Assembly (NCBI GenBank): GCA_041571435.1
Contig: JBFFUI010000008.1
Location: forward strand, 1 to 64,000
Origin: Sulfurimonadaceae bacterium
GTDB taxonomy: Bacteria > Campylobacterota > Campylobacteria > Campylobacterales > Sulfurimonadaceae
Length of the DNA stretch: 64,000 nucleotides
Direction: 5' to 3'
How positions within the stretch are numbered: position 1 is the first letter of the stretch; each line of letters opens with the position of its first letter. The position numbers and the translations under genes were made by a program. The notes beneath the pieces are model-generated. The model did not search any database and had not been told where the DNA came from. It saw only the letters and a list, made by a program, of their open reading frames with translations. This document shows positions 27,997-37,980 of the stretch, one piece after another.

Positions 27997-29214
27997 CTAT
28001 TTTGACTCAACGTTGTTGGCTTTTTGCATCGCTTTGAACGCCTTTAATGCATGTCTGTCAAGCCGAAATTTGTATCGCCAGGTGATCAGCCTCTTTAATA
28101 CATACCCTAAAAACCCGGAGACTTTGATGGTATCAAAAAGCACGACGGCTGCATTATAACCGCCCAAGGCGACCATCATGCCTTGCAACCCAAAAGATAT
28201 ATGTTGCGGACGTTCACCTTTCAACTGCGCTTTGATATTTTGGACCACGACACCTGCCGACTGTTCTGCAGCATTTGCCGTAGCCGGAATGACATGACCT
28301 CCCGCATCGACCAGGGCCGCAACATCCCCGATGGCGTAGACATATTTATGGCAGGTCACCTGCAGCGTCTGATGCACTTCTACTTGCCCCTTCGCATTGA
28401 GCGTACAGCCCAATGACTTGGCCAAGGAGGACGCTTTGACACCGCCTGCAAAGATCATAAAGTCGAAATCAACACGGCCACCGTTGTTGAGGATGACCGC
28501 ACTCTCTTTCACTTCGGCAATACGCGTGTTGTAAAGGACCTTCACGTCAAGCGCTTCCAAACGTTGCTTCGCTTTTTGCTGAAGATAGGGGTTCGTACCG
28601 TCAAGAACTTTATCCCGAGAGGCAATAAGATAGATCTGAATACCCTCACACATTATTCGGTTGTCTTGAATAAACGCTTTGGCGTAGTTACCCATCTCAG
28701 CAGCGATCTCGACACCGCTCAATCCCGCCCCGCCGATGACGACATTAAAAGCTCTGCTGAACGGGTCATCTTCACTCTGCATACGTGCATACAGCTGCTT
28801 CTCAAACTGCTGTTTAAATTCAAACGCGCGTTTCAGGGTCTTGACCCCATGAGAGTACTCTCTCAGCCCGGGTATCGAAGCCGGAAAGTGGGTACGGCTT
28901 CCGGTTGCAAGGACAAGATAGTCAAAGGGTAACGATTCTTCCCCGCATAACACCACTTTTCGATTGAGATCGATCTCTTTTATAATCGCTTTTTTATAAC
29001 TGGCATTTTTATAGTGATCGCACAATGCGACGAGATCGACGGTGACATCCGTCAGTGTGACTTTGTTGGCAACGAGAGCATAGGCTTCGGTCTGAAGATA
29101 GTGATAAGGGTTCTGGTCGATCAGGAGAATTTCAAGCTCTTTGACACTGCTAAGACCCTGCATCGTACGTACCCCACCGTAACCGCCGCCGATAATTATG
29201 AGTTTTTTCTTCAT
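27997..29214 (-). CDS. ndh: Type II NADH dehydrogenase-like FAD oxidoreductase
   Basis: GGGYGG, LATGS, GAGLSGVEIAAE, YAIGD and ATANAAEQ motifs. Start at ATG 29214 (MKKKLIIIGG). Confidence 0.8.
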   Translation of the reverse strand: MKKKLIIIGGGYGGVRTMQGLSSVKELEILLIDQNPYHYLQTEAYALVANKVTLTDVTVDLVALCDHYKNASYKKAIIKEIDLNRKVVLCGEESLPFDYLVLATGSRTHFPASIPGLREYSHGVKTLKRAFEFKQQFEKQLYARMQSEDDPFSRAFNVVIGGAGLSGVEIAAEMGNYAKAFIQDNRIMCEGIQIYLIASRDKVLDGTNPYLQQKAKQRLEALDVKVLYNTRIAEVKESAVILNNGGRVDFDFMIFAGGVKASSLAKSLGCTLNAKGQVEVHQTLQVTCHKYVYAIGDVAALVDAGGHVIPATANAAEQSAGVVVQNIKAQLKGERPQHISFGLQGMMVALGGYNAAVVLFDTIKVSGFLGYVLKRLITWRYKFRLDRHALKAFKAMQKANNVESK

Positions 29215-29396
29215 CTTGGACTGTGCCTCAATAGTATGAAAATTCATAATAACGTATTTTCTGCTGATTTCAAAGTTTCAGAATCGCTAAGTGGTGATTT
29301 ACAGAGATTATTCAGGGAAGGGTAGCGGAGGAAAAGTGTCTATCGAGTCATCCTGGCAGGCATGTTTTACATCTGCCTGCAGGAGAGCTTATAATG

Positions 29397-29828
29397 TTAT
29401 TTGGAGCGTGCTTCGATTTTGAGTCGTTTGATGTACTCTTTTTTGACAATCTCGATCGCCATCAACATGTTCTTTGCGTCGATGGCACCCATGATCGGCT
29501 GGAACAGCGGCTCGCCTTTTTCATCCAAAAACCAGAGCGCCGGCGTTCCCGGTCGCCAGAGTTCCTGCGGTAGATAATCGCCCTCATCGCTGTACGATAT
29601 GACCGTAACAAAGTTTGCGTTGAGCTCATTGACGACACGCGGGTCCATCAAGGTCGTCTTGTCAAGCATGACACAGTACTTACACGCGTGACTCGACGAG
29701 ATAAAAAGTATCGGTTTGTTCAGCTTAGTTGCTTTGACCACACCCGACTTATAATCTTTTTCCCAATTGATCGGCGAAGCAAAAAGCATTGACGACAAGA
29801 TCACAACCATTAAAACTATTTTACGCAT
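29397..29828 (-). CDS. Exported thioredoxin-fold protein (SoxW/DUF255-like)
   Basis: Signal peptide, CKYC and the GTP cis-Pro loop. Confidence 0.8.
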   Translation of the reverse strand: MRKIVLMVVILSSMLFASPINWEKDYKSGVVKATKLNKPILFISSSHACKYCVMLDKTTLMDPRVVNELNANFVTVISYSDEGDYLPQELWRPGTPALWFLDEKGEPLFQPIMGAIDAKNMLMAIEIVKKEYIKRLKIEARSK

Positions 29829-29886
29829 CTATTTATTCCTTACTGTTATTACCGCAGATTGTACCATGTAATAGTAACTGGCCCGG

Positions 29887-30399
29887 CTATTTTTTTGTTT
29901 TTTTCAAGATCTCTTTGGCGATCGTCTCATAATCTTTGTCGCTGACATCGATGACAAGGTCGGCCACCGCCCGGTATTGCGGTTCGCGTTCATTGTAAAG
30001 CGCCTCTGCTTTGGCGATGTCCTGAAAGAGCGGTCGTTTTTTGAGTTTCTTCTCTGCATTCGGGTGGTCGATAATGCGGTGGTAGATGGTCTGAAACGGT
30101 GCATCAAGTAGTACTATAGTACCGACTTCATGGACCTTTGGAACTTTGAAAAAGCCGCCGCCTGTCGAGATGAGTGTGTTGTCAACACTCTGACGCAACC
30201 ACTGCCCTACACGCGCTTCCAGTGCACGGAAATACGGTTCACCCTCTTCTGCAAAGATCTTCTTGACCTTGCGGTTCTCCATGCTCTCGATGATGTCATC
30301 CGTGTCGATCGCTACCATGCCGCTCTGTCGCACGATCTCCCGTGCTACAGAGCCTTTGCCTACACCCATAAAGCCGATTAATACGATATTGTTTTTCAT
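29887..30399 (-). CDS. aroK: Shikimate kinase
   Basis: GFMGVGKG, DTD, GE.YFR, ISTGGG and RPL motifs. Start at ATG 30399. Confidence 0.95.
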   Translation of the reverse strand: MKNNIVLIGFMGVGKGSVAREIVRQSGMVAIDTDDIIESMENRKVKKIFAEEGEPYFRALEARVGQWLRQSVDNTLISTGGGFFKVPKVHEVGTIVLLDAPFQTIYHRIIDHPNAEKKLKKRPLFQDIAKAEALYNEREPQYRAVADLVIDVSDKDYETIAKEILKKTKK

Positions 30400-30641
30400 G
30401 GGCGTAGTGTAGCAGATAATCAACTATGAAGAGATAAAAAGGTTATCGTCACTACAAAAGAGACGATTATGCAAAGATCACTTTCAGATACATGAGAGCA
30501 GAAGGTGGTGCCAAGACTGCAGCCTACACAATAGCTATCCAACTGTTTTTATCATTTCACCTCCTTTTTTCCATGCTCTTTTATATTATTTTGGATTGTA
30601 GTAAAATAGTAGATGACAACCTCTAGACGAAGGTAAACACT

Positions 30642-30938
30642 ATGGAATTTTTTAATATTTCAACGCCTCTTGAAGGCAAGGAAACCATTACAGAGTTGCT
30701 GCAGTATAAAAATGTCACTATTAACCGCATCGTCTCTAATCGAATCGAAAATGGGCAGTGGTACGATCAGGAAGAGGACGAGTGGTTAATCCTCATTAAA
30801 GGTGCTGCCTTGCTTATGATCGACAATGAAGAGAAACGATTGAAAGCCGGCGATACTCTGTTTATCGCGGCGCATGAGCTCCATCGTGTCCTCTCCACCT
30901 CAGAAAATGCGCTTTGGATCACGGTGCATATCGCCTAA
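30642..30938 (+). CDS. Cupin-domain protein
   Basis: RIVS, WYDQEEDEW...G.A.L and GD..FI.AH..HRV motifs. Confidence 0.85.
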   Translation: MEFFNISTPLEGKETITELLQYKNVTINRIVSNRIENGQWYDQEEDEWLILIKGAALLMIDNEEKRLKAGDTLFIAAHELHRVLSTSENALWITVHIA

Positions 30939-30941
30939 GCT

Positions 30942-31889
30942 TTATTTTCCGTCCGTCACTGTTTTTGAAGCAGTCCTGTTTTCTTTATGCAGCGGTGAGC
31001 CGCTTTTGTACGGCACCTTTGCCGAGGGAACTTTTTTACTGGCACGCTGCAGGTGCAGGTCCTGATCGTCGAAAAAGATATGGGCATTGAATGCGGAGAG
31101 GACTTCGTCTTTGTTCAATCCCCCGAGAAAGAAAGCCTCATCAACCGTGACACCCCATGCCCGCAACGTCTGTATGACCCGTTCGTGTGCCGGCGAATTA
31201 CGCGCCGTCACAATGGCGATGCGTACCGGCGACTGCTCTTTGGGGAAGTGCTGCTGTAGATAAGAGAGGGTCATCAGAAGCTTGGCGAAAGGGCCCTCCT
31301 GCATCGGCGTATCGACATTGGCTTTTTCATGTGCCAAAAAGGCTTCAAGCCCTTGTGTTTTATAGATATGCTCGCTCTCTTCTGAAAAGATCACCGCGTC
31401 GGCATCAAAGGCGATACGGATCTTGTCCGTTTCGATATTCTGCCCGACCGGCGGTGCATACAGTACGGCCGCAGCGACACCGGAGTCGACTGCCGCCTGC
31501 ACATCCTCATCCGACTTTGAGAGGAAAAGATCCACATCAAATGCCTTGAGATAAGGCGAAAGCGATGTGCCGCCGCTGAAAGCGGCTCTGGAGATATCGA
31601 GTCCATAGTGGTTGATCGTATTAAAGACCCGCAGACCGGTGTCGGGCGAGTTACGAGACATCACGATCACCTCTACAAGCTTTTTACCGCTGATCGCGTT
31701 AAGGTTCAACAGCGCCTCGACCAGGGCGAAAGCCGTCCCTTTTTCAAGGACCTCTTTTTCGTTTTCGAACTGGTGGGCACGATAGGCTTCCAGTCCCTCT
31801 TTCATAAAAAGGTCATTTGAATCTTCAAGATCGAAAAGAGCGCGTGAAGAGATGCCGATCACCAAGATATCGCTAAGATCCAGCCCCAT
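30942..31889 (-). CDS. 5'-nucleotidase (cN-I-like HAD family)
   Basis: ISSRALFDL, SRNSPDTGLR, RIAFDADAVIF, VTAR and IFFDDQ motifs. Confidence 0.9.
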   Translation of the reverse strand: MGLDLSDILVIGISSRALFDLEDSNDLFMKEGLEAYRAHQFENEKEVLEKGTAFALVEALLNLNAISGKKLVEVIVMSRNSPDTGLRVFNTINHYGLDISRAAFSGGTSLSPYLKAFDVDLFLSKSDEDVQAAVDSGVAAAVLYAPPVGQNIETDKIRIAFDADAVIFSEESEHIYKTQGLEAFLAHEKANVDTPMQEGPFAKLLMTLSYLQQHFPKEQSPVRIAIVTARNSPAHERVIQTLRAWGVTVDEAFFLGGLNKDEVLSAFNAHIFFDDQDLHLQRASKKVPSAKVPYKSGSPLHKENRTASKTVTDGK

Positions 31890-31987
31890 AAACGCTCCTT
31901 ATTCAGTCAAAACAATCTTAGCGAAAAGAGACTAATAAAAGCATCTCTCTGTTATAATTGCGCTATCAAATTTGTGAGGTTATATCT

Positions 31988-33067
31988 ATGGCACATGGTA
32001 TTTTGGAATTGGTGAAACCGGGCGTTTTAAGCGGTGATGATGTTAAATTGGTTTTTGCAGCGGCAAAAGAGCAAGGGTTTGCACTGCCTGCGGTCAATGT
32101 AGTAGGTACGGACTCTATCAACGGTGTCCTGGAAGCGGCGAAAAATGTCAACAGCCCTGTTATCATCCAGTTCTCAAACGGCGGCGGACAATACTATGCC
32201 GGTAAAGGGCTCTCGAATGCCGATGAAAAAGCGGCGATCGCCGGTACCATCTCGGGTGCAATGCATGTGCACATGATGGCGGAGCTTTACGGCATTCCTG
32301 TTATCCTGCACACCGACCATGCAGCACGCAAACTCCTGCCATGGATCGATGCACTCCTCGATGCCGGTGAAGACTACTATGCGACACACGGCAAACCGCT
32401 GTTCAGCTCACATATGCTTGACCTCTCCGAAGAGCCTCTCGAAGAGAACATCGCGACCTGTGTCGAATACTTCAAACGTATGAACAAGATCGGTATGACG
32501 ATCGAGATCGAGCTGGGTGTCACCGGCGGCGAGGAAGACGGTGTTGACAACACCAACATCGACAACGCCCTGCTTTACACACAGCCTGAAGAGGTCTGCT
32601 ATGCCTACGAAGAGTTAAGCAAGGTCAGTACACACTTCACGATCGCGGCATCATTCGGTAACGTACACGGTGTCTATAAACCGGGGAACGTCGTACTGAC
32701 ACCGACGATCCTGGAGAACTCGCAGACCTACATCACCGACAAACACCACACGAAGCCAAAACCTGTCGATTTTGTTTTCCACGGCGGTTCAGGTTCATCT
32801 CTAGAAGAGATCCGCGAAGCGATCAGCTACGGTGTCATCAAGATGAACATCGACACCGATACACAGTGGGCCACATGGGACGGTGTCCGCCAATACGAAG
32901 AGAAGTACCATGACTACCTTCAGGGCCAGATCGGCAACCCGGAGGGTGACGACAAACCGAACAAAAAATATTACGATCCGCGCAAATGGCTGCGCGCCGG
33001 ACAGGAGACACTGATCAAACGTGTCGAGCTTGCCTTCAACGACCTGAACGCCCTCAACAGAAACTAA
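31988..33067 (+). CDS. fbaA: Class II fructose-bisphosphate aldolase
   Basis: HTDH, SHMLDLSEE, GGEEDG, GNVHGVYKPG, FHGGSG and KKYYDPR motifs. ATG at 31988. Confidence 0.98.
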   Translation: MAHGILELVKPGVLSGDDVKLVFAAAKEQGFALPAVNVVGTDSINGVLEAAKNVNSPVIIQFSNGGGQYYAGKGLSNADEKAAIAGTISGAMHVHMMAELYGIPVILHTDHAARKLLPWIDALLDAGEDYYATHGKPLFSSHMLDLSEEPLEENIATCVEYFKRMNKIGMTIEIELGVTGGEEDGVDNTNIDNALLYTQPEEVCYAYEELSKVSTHFTIAASFGNVHGVYKPGNVVLTPTILENSQTYITDKHHTKPKPVDFVFHGGSGSSLEEIREAISYGVIKMNIDTDTQWATWDGVRQYEEKYHDYLQGQIGNPEGDDKPNKKYYDPRKWLRAGQETLIKRVELAFNDLNALNRN

Positions 33068-33123
33068 AGACCTCTTCTACCCGTTCTCGTCATATGACGA
33101 GAAACGATTCCCAAACACCACTT

Positions 33124-34050
33124 TCACAGCTCTTTATGACGATAACGCTCCAGCATAGAGCTGTTACCTTTGACACCGCCTGTATGGATATAAAGTATCT
33201 CGCCTTCCAGAGTTGCCAGCACCTCAGAGAGCGCAATAAACATCTTGGGGGCATAGAGCAGATCAAACGTAATACCCTGCTTTAAAAAGTGCTGATGCAC
33301 CTCGAGGTATTCACTGTAAGGTTTTGCAAAACGGTAGTTTTTTTGTGTCTCGACGATACTAAGGTTTTCAGGCATAGCACCCAGAAAGAGCATCTGTTCT
33401 TGAAGATACTCTTTTCCCCCTATCAAGGGTGTTGTCATCACGGTGACATCGGGCAGTGCTGTCGCAAGGAAATAGGCCGTCGTCCCTGTACCCGACGGAA
33501 GGACAACGGTAAGCGCTTTGATCTCCGCTTCTTTCTTCCATGCTATAATCTCGTCTGCCAATACACCGACACCCTCTTTGGCACTAAGATCGGCACCGCC
33601 CTGCGCCAGAATAAGGTCATACTCATTGCGCCCCACCCGGCTGTCCGGTGTTGCAGAATATAACGACTCCACGACATCACGGTATTCTGCATGATTGAGT
33701 TCCAGCAGCTGCATACCGTCATCAAGCGCTGATCTCAGATTACCGCTGATGTTCTGCTTGAGTGTCGAGGAGAGCGCTTTGGTGATATAGAGAAAGTCCC
33801 AGCGTTTTCGTCGGCACATTGCAGCTATCGACGCCATCGCATTGGACTGGCTTCCGCCATAGGAGATCACATGTCGGTATTCGCTTGACGGGGTATTGAG
33901 TAAGAAGTGTAGTTTTCGGAATTTGTTGCCGCTCAGATTTGCATCGACGAGATCATCACGTTTGACGTAGAGCCTTCTGCCGCGAAATGTAAAGGCATCA
34001 ACAGCAGAAGGAAGGTTGATGTTATTTTCCGTAGGTGATCTTAGCAGCAC
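33124..34050 (-). CDS. ACC deaminase / D-cysteine desulfhydrase family PLP enzyme
   Basis: KRDD...SGNKFRK PLP-lysine motif, YGGSQSNAM, SGTGTT and HTGG. Start codon uncertain. Confidence 0.85.
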   Translation of the reverse strand: MLLRSPTENNINLPSAVDAFTFRGRRLYVKRDDLVDANLSGNKFRKLHFLLNTPSSEYRHVISYGGSQSNAMASIAAMCRRKRWDFLYITKALSSTLKQNISGNLRSALDDGMQLLELNHAEYRDVVESLYSATPDSRVGRNEYDLILAQGGADLSAKEGVGVLADEIIAWKKEAEIKALTVVLPSGTGTTAYFLATALPDVTVMTTPLIGGKEYLQEQMLFLGAMPENLSIVETQKNYRFAKPYSEYLEVHQHFLKQGITFDLLYAPKMFIALSEVLATLEGEILYIHTGGVKGNSSMLERYRHKEL

Positions 34051-34861
34051 TTTGAAGCGACTTCATCTTCTTTTCCATCGCTGCTTTGAATTTTTCCATC
34101 TTCAGCTTCTGTTCGATAAAGCTCTTGACCTCGTTGAAACCGAGTTTTTTGCCTTTGATCTTGTCTTCAAGATAGATAATGTGGTAACCAAATTGTGTTT
34201 TAACCGGAGTCGTAGTGATCGTGCCCACCTTCATGGCAAAGACTTTGTCATTGAACTCAGGTACCATCTGACCCTGAGGGAAAGAGCCAAGGTCGCCGCC
34301 CTTTGGACCGCTAGGACCGGTAGAGAACTTCTTCGCATCTTCAATAAACGCCTGCTTGAGAGCATCACCCTGCTTCCCTTTTAGACCGGCAATGATCTTG
34401 TCCGCTTCCGCCTCAGTCTTTACAAGGATATGACGGGCATGGACCTTCTCTTTTTCAACAAACTCATTGGCGTGCGAATCAAAATACTTTTTAATCTCGG
34501 CATCCGTCAAAGTGATCTTGTCAAACTGCTGCTTTTCCCACACCTTGGAGGCAAGCTGCTTTTCAACACGTTTCATCACTTCTGCAAGTTCCGCCTTATA
34601 TTCCGGTGATGTCAGTACACCGCTTTTCTTGGCATCGGCATACACGAGTTCCTGTGCGATCATCCCTTCGACGATACGTTTGCGAAGCTCGACCTGTTTC
34701 TCTTTAGGCAGGGTGTTAAAACGGCCTTGTGTACCTTCCATCAGCACTTGGTTAACCTCATCACTCGTGATCTGTGTACCATTTACTGTTGCAACAACTG
34801 CAGCTGCTGCCATTGAACTTAGTAGCGCTGTTGATACTAATACTTTTACTGCTAATCTCAA
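34022..34861 (-). CDS. peb4: PEB4/Cbf2-type periplasmic parvulin PPIase chaperone
   Basis: Signal peptide, HARHILV, GGDLG, MVPEF and KTQFGYHII motifs; near nth and fba as in Campylobacter. Confidence 0.9.
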   Translation of the reverse strand: MRLAVKVLVSTALLSSMAAAAVVATVNGTQITSDEVNQVLMEGTQGRFNTLPKEKQVELRKRIVEGMIAQELVYADAKKSGVLTSPEYKAELAEVMKRVEKQLASKVWEKQQFDKITLTDAEIKKYFDSHANEFVEKEKVHARHILVKTEAEADKIIAGLKGKQGDALKQAFIEDAKKFSTGPSGPKGGDLGSFPQGQMVPEFNDKVFAMKVGTITTTPVKTQFGYHIIYLEDKIKGKKLGFNEVKSFIEQKLKMEKFKAAMEKKMKSLQSAAKITYGK

Positions 34862-35045
34862 ACGAATTCCTTAGGTTAATATTATGAAAAGAGTATAGTC
34901 CCGCTTGTTAAACGGATAGTGAATAGCTTTGTAAAAAAGAGGGGATGCGGTTAATGAATCAAATGAATAAGTTGGCGAAGCGACATGCTCGCAAAAGCGG
35001 CGATGTTGACCGCTGCTGAAAATGCCGCTATTCGACAACGTGAAC

Positions 35046-37001
35046 TTAGGCGATCTGAACGTGAAGATGCTTTTCGAGGATATATTCAAGTTTGGCACGA
35101 GTCAAAGGCTTTGCCAGATAGTCATCGAGACCCTCTTGCAGGATGTTCTCTCTATCGCCTTCCATTGCCAATGCCGTCAATGCGATGATCGGCGTATTAT
35201 TCTTTGTTTTACGCTCTTTGATCTCCTGCGTGGCAAGAATACCGTTTTTGATCGGCATATCGATATCCATGAAAATGATATCAAACTCCTGATTCTCACA
35301 CATACGAACAGCCTCTTCCCCGTCTGACGCCACTGCCACTTTCATATCGTACTCCTGCAGCAGGATAGAGATAAGACGCTGGTTGATCAGGTTGTCTTCA
35401 ACCACCAAAGCACGGACTCCTTTTTGAGTCAGCTTCTCTTTTGCCCCCTCTGGTTCTTCCAGTTTGAAGGCCGCACTGACATGTTCGGCAATACGAGTCG
35501 GCAACAACGGTTTGTTGATCACGTAATCCACAATATGCGTGGTGCGCGTCTGCAGTTTTTCGCCGGCATCCAGGACCAGTACAACGCGGCACTTCTTATG
35601 ATAGCTACCAAGTTTCATCAGCCATGCAGACTGTTCTTGAGACGCTATGAGATAGAGCATATCAGTATCGTCATAGATCGTTTCGTCAAGGGTGTGCACT
35701 TTATCAACGTTCAGACCGAAACTGCGCAGATAGTTTGTCAGCAGATTGGCGTCATCGATCTTTTTGTCATCAAGCAGTGCTACCTTGACACGCTTGTTCT
35801 CCACCGTCTGGAATGCATTCTCTCTGGCGGCACTGAATGTCAGTGTGAAACTGAACTGGGATCCGCGTCCCACTTCAGAGGTGATCTTAAGATGGCCGCC
35901 CATCAGTTCGACAAGCCCGTGAGAAAGGCTGAGTCCGATACCCAGACGTTGATCAGCCTGATTGCCCGATTCAAACGGTGTGGTCACTTTTGCGATCTGG
36001 TCTTTAGGGATACCCTGACCGGTGTCGCGTACGGTAAAGCCGATCGTACAACGGCCTGACTCCGGCCACTTGAGTAGTTTGACTTCGACGATGACCTTAC
36101 CGCCTCTAGGGGTGAACTTTAAGGCATTGTTGATCAAATTATTCATGATCTGTTTAAGTTTACGCAGATCGCCCTGGATATAGGTTGGCAGTTTGGCTCC
36201 GACATAGAATGAGACACTGATCCCTTTGTCACGCCCTTCAGAGGTATAAAGCTGGGCCATCTCCTCCATCTCGGCAAAAAGGTTGAATTCGCTGTTGTTG
36301 ACTGTGAATCGTCCCCCTTCCATCTGTGAAAGGTCCAGAAGGCTCTCTATATTGGTCATAAGATTACGTGCGGATGAGTGGATCATATGGATATACTCAC
36401 TCTGGCTTTCAGTCGGATGCGTATGTTCCAAAAGTTCGACAAAACCAAGAATACCGTTCATCGGTGTTCTGAACTCATGCCCGATGTTGGCCAGGAACTT
36501 GGTTTTCATCTGTTCGATTTCACTTGTCTTGCAGAGTGCCTTCTCAAGCTCGGAGACATCATTCATCTGCACAAGATAAAGGTCGATCCCTTTCTGTTTC
36601 AGGAGGCGCACCTTGATGTTCATATGACGTTCGACACCGTCTTTGTCTTTGATCAGGACACGATAGCCTTCCACACTTTTGTTATCTTTGATGTAGTCAA
36701 GCCATTTATTTTCTTCATCCGTAAAGACCTCATCCGCCTCGCTCTCAAAAAGCTCTCTGATACTTTTGTGCTTCTTTCTGAAGTCTTCAATGTTCTCATA
36801 ATCAAAAAATGTGAAAAAGACTTTGTTAGCACCCAACCATCCGTTCTCTTTGGTATAAAAGAGCATAATTGAACTATCAAGATCCAGGATCTGATAAAAG
36901 AGGTCTTTACTGACAAAACCTTCTTTGTCCATCGAACCGGTCAGTGATGACTTTGGCTCTTGAGTAGAAAAGAGATTACTCATAAACGAAAATAAACCCA
37001 T
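35046..37001 (-). CDS. Cytoplasmic hybrid sensor histidine kinase (PAS-like, HisKA, HATPase, pseudo-receiver, receiver)
   Basis: HEFRTPMNGI H-box, NNALKFT, DTGQGI and C-terminal DIIFMDIDMP...KP; no TM segment. Confidence 0.9.
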   Translation of the reverse strand: MGLFSFMSNLFSTQEPKSSLTGSMDKEGFVSKDLFYQILDLDSSIMLFYTKENGWLGANKVFFTFFDYENIEDFRKKHKSIRELFESEADEVFTDEENKWLDYIKDNKSVEGYRVLIKDKDGVERHMNIKVRLLKQKGIDLYLVQMNDVSELEKALCKTSEIEQMKTKFLANIGHEFRTPMNGILGFVELLEHTHPTESQSEYIHMIHSSARNLMTNIESLLDLSQMEGGRFTVNNSEFNLFAEMEEMAQLYTSEGRDKGISVSFYVGAKLPTYIQGDLRKLKQIMNNLINNALKFTPRGGKVIVEVKLLKWPESGRCTIGFTVRDTGQGIPKDQIAKVTTPFESGNQADQRLGIGLSLSHGLVELMGGHLKITSEVGRGSQFSFTLTFSAARENAFQTVENKRVKVALLDDKKIDDANLLTNYLRSFGLNVDKVHTLDETIYDDTDMLYLIASQEQSAWLMKLGSYHKKCRVVLVLDAGEKLQTRTTHIVDYVINKPLLPTRIAEHVSAAFKLEEPEGAKEKLTQKGVRALVVEDNLINQRLISILLQEYDMKVAVASDGEEAVRMCENQEFDIIFMDIDMPIKNGILATQEIKERKTKNNTPIIALTALAMEGDRENILQEGLDDYLAKPLTRAKLEYILEKHLHVQIA

Positions 37002-37209
37002 CTGTAATTCCTATTTTGTGAATATGTTACATTTTAACAACCAATCATTTTAGCCAATAGAGTTAAAGATTTTCTAAAAAAGTGCCGATTATGCGCAAAA
37101 GATGTCCATACACTTACTCTTTAATGCTAAAATGGCTGCAAATATTTAACAATACTGCTCCCATTTCAAAAGGATAGCGGGCGGTACTTTACCAAAGAGA
37201 CAGCTAAAA

Positions 37210-37857
37210 ATGAAAAAAGCCACCAAAAAAGAGATCCTTGCCATAAAAGAGTCCTTTTTAGAACGTTACGATGCAGCCGTTACCGAGCTGACCTACTCCA
37301 ATGCCTTTGAACTTGTCATCGCCGTTGCCCTTTCAGCACAGTGCACCGACAAACGTGTCAACCTGCTTACCCCTGAACTTTTCAGAAAATACCCGGACCC
37401 CGTTGCACTGGCCAATGCCGATATCAACGACATCAAAGCCATTATCAACAGCTGCTCATTTTTCAACAACAAGGCAAAGAACCTGATCAAGATGGCCCAG
37501 CGTCTGGTCGAAGTCTATGACGGCAAGGTGCCGCTGGATGAAAAAGAGCTTGTCACTTTGGCCGGTGTAGGTCAAAAGACAGCCCATGTGGTGATGATAG
37601 AGTTTACCGGGGCCAACCTTATGGCTGTCGACACCCACGTTTTTCGTGTGGCCCATCGCTTGGGGCTCAGTGATGACGAAACAGCGCTCAAAACAGAAGA
37701 GACCCTGGTCAAAAAGTTTAAAACCGACCTGCATGCGCTGCACCAGGGGATGGTACTCTTTGGCCGCTACATCTGTACCGCCCAAAACCCAAAATGTGAC
37801 AGCGACTGTTTTTTACAGGAGTTTTGTAAAAGTAAAAAGAGCTTCAAAGCAAGATAG
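37210..37857 (+). CDS. nth: Endonuclease III
   Basis: LSAQCTD.RVN, L.GVG.KTA helix-hairpin-helix, VDTHV.R and C-terminal Fe-S Cys cluster. Confidence 0.97.
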   Translation: MKKATKKEILAIKESFLERYDAAVTELTYSNAFELVIAVALSAQCTDKRVNLLTPELFRKYPDPVALANADINDIKAIINSCSFFNNKAKNLIKMAQRLVEVYDGKVPLDEKELVTLAGVGQKTAHVVMIEFTGANLMAVDTHVFRVAHRLGLSDDETALKTEETLVKKFKTDLHALHQGMVLFGRYICTAQNPKCDSDCFLQEFCKSKKSFKAR

Positions 37858-37980
37858 AAGCTGGCAATAATCAGGAAAACGTCTCATCTTTGGTGCAGCT
37901 TTTGCAAAAGTGATCCTGAAGCTCCACTATGCCGTGCAAGAGAGTCAAGAGCTAGGCCGTTCACCGAAGATGTGCTCTTT

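Noticed and set aside
35424-36059. 211-aa plus-strand ORF
   Set aside because: Antisense shadow of the hybrid kinase.
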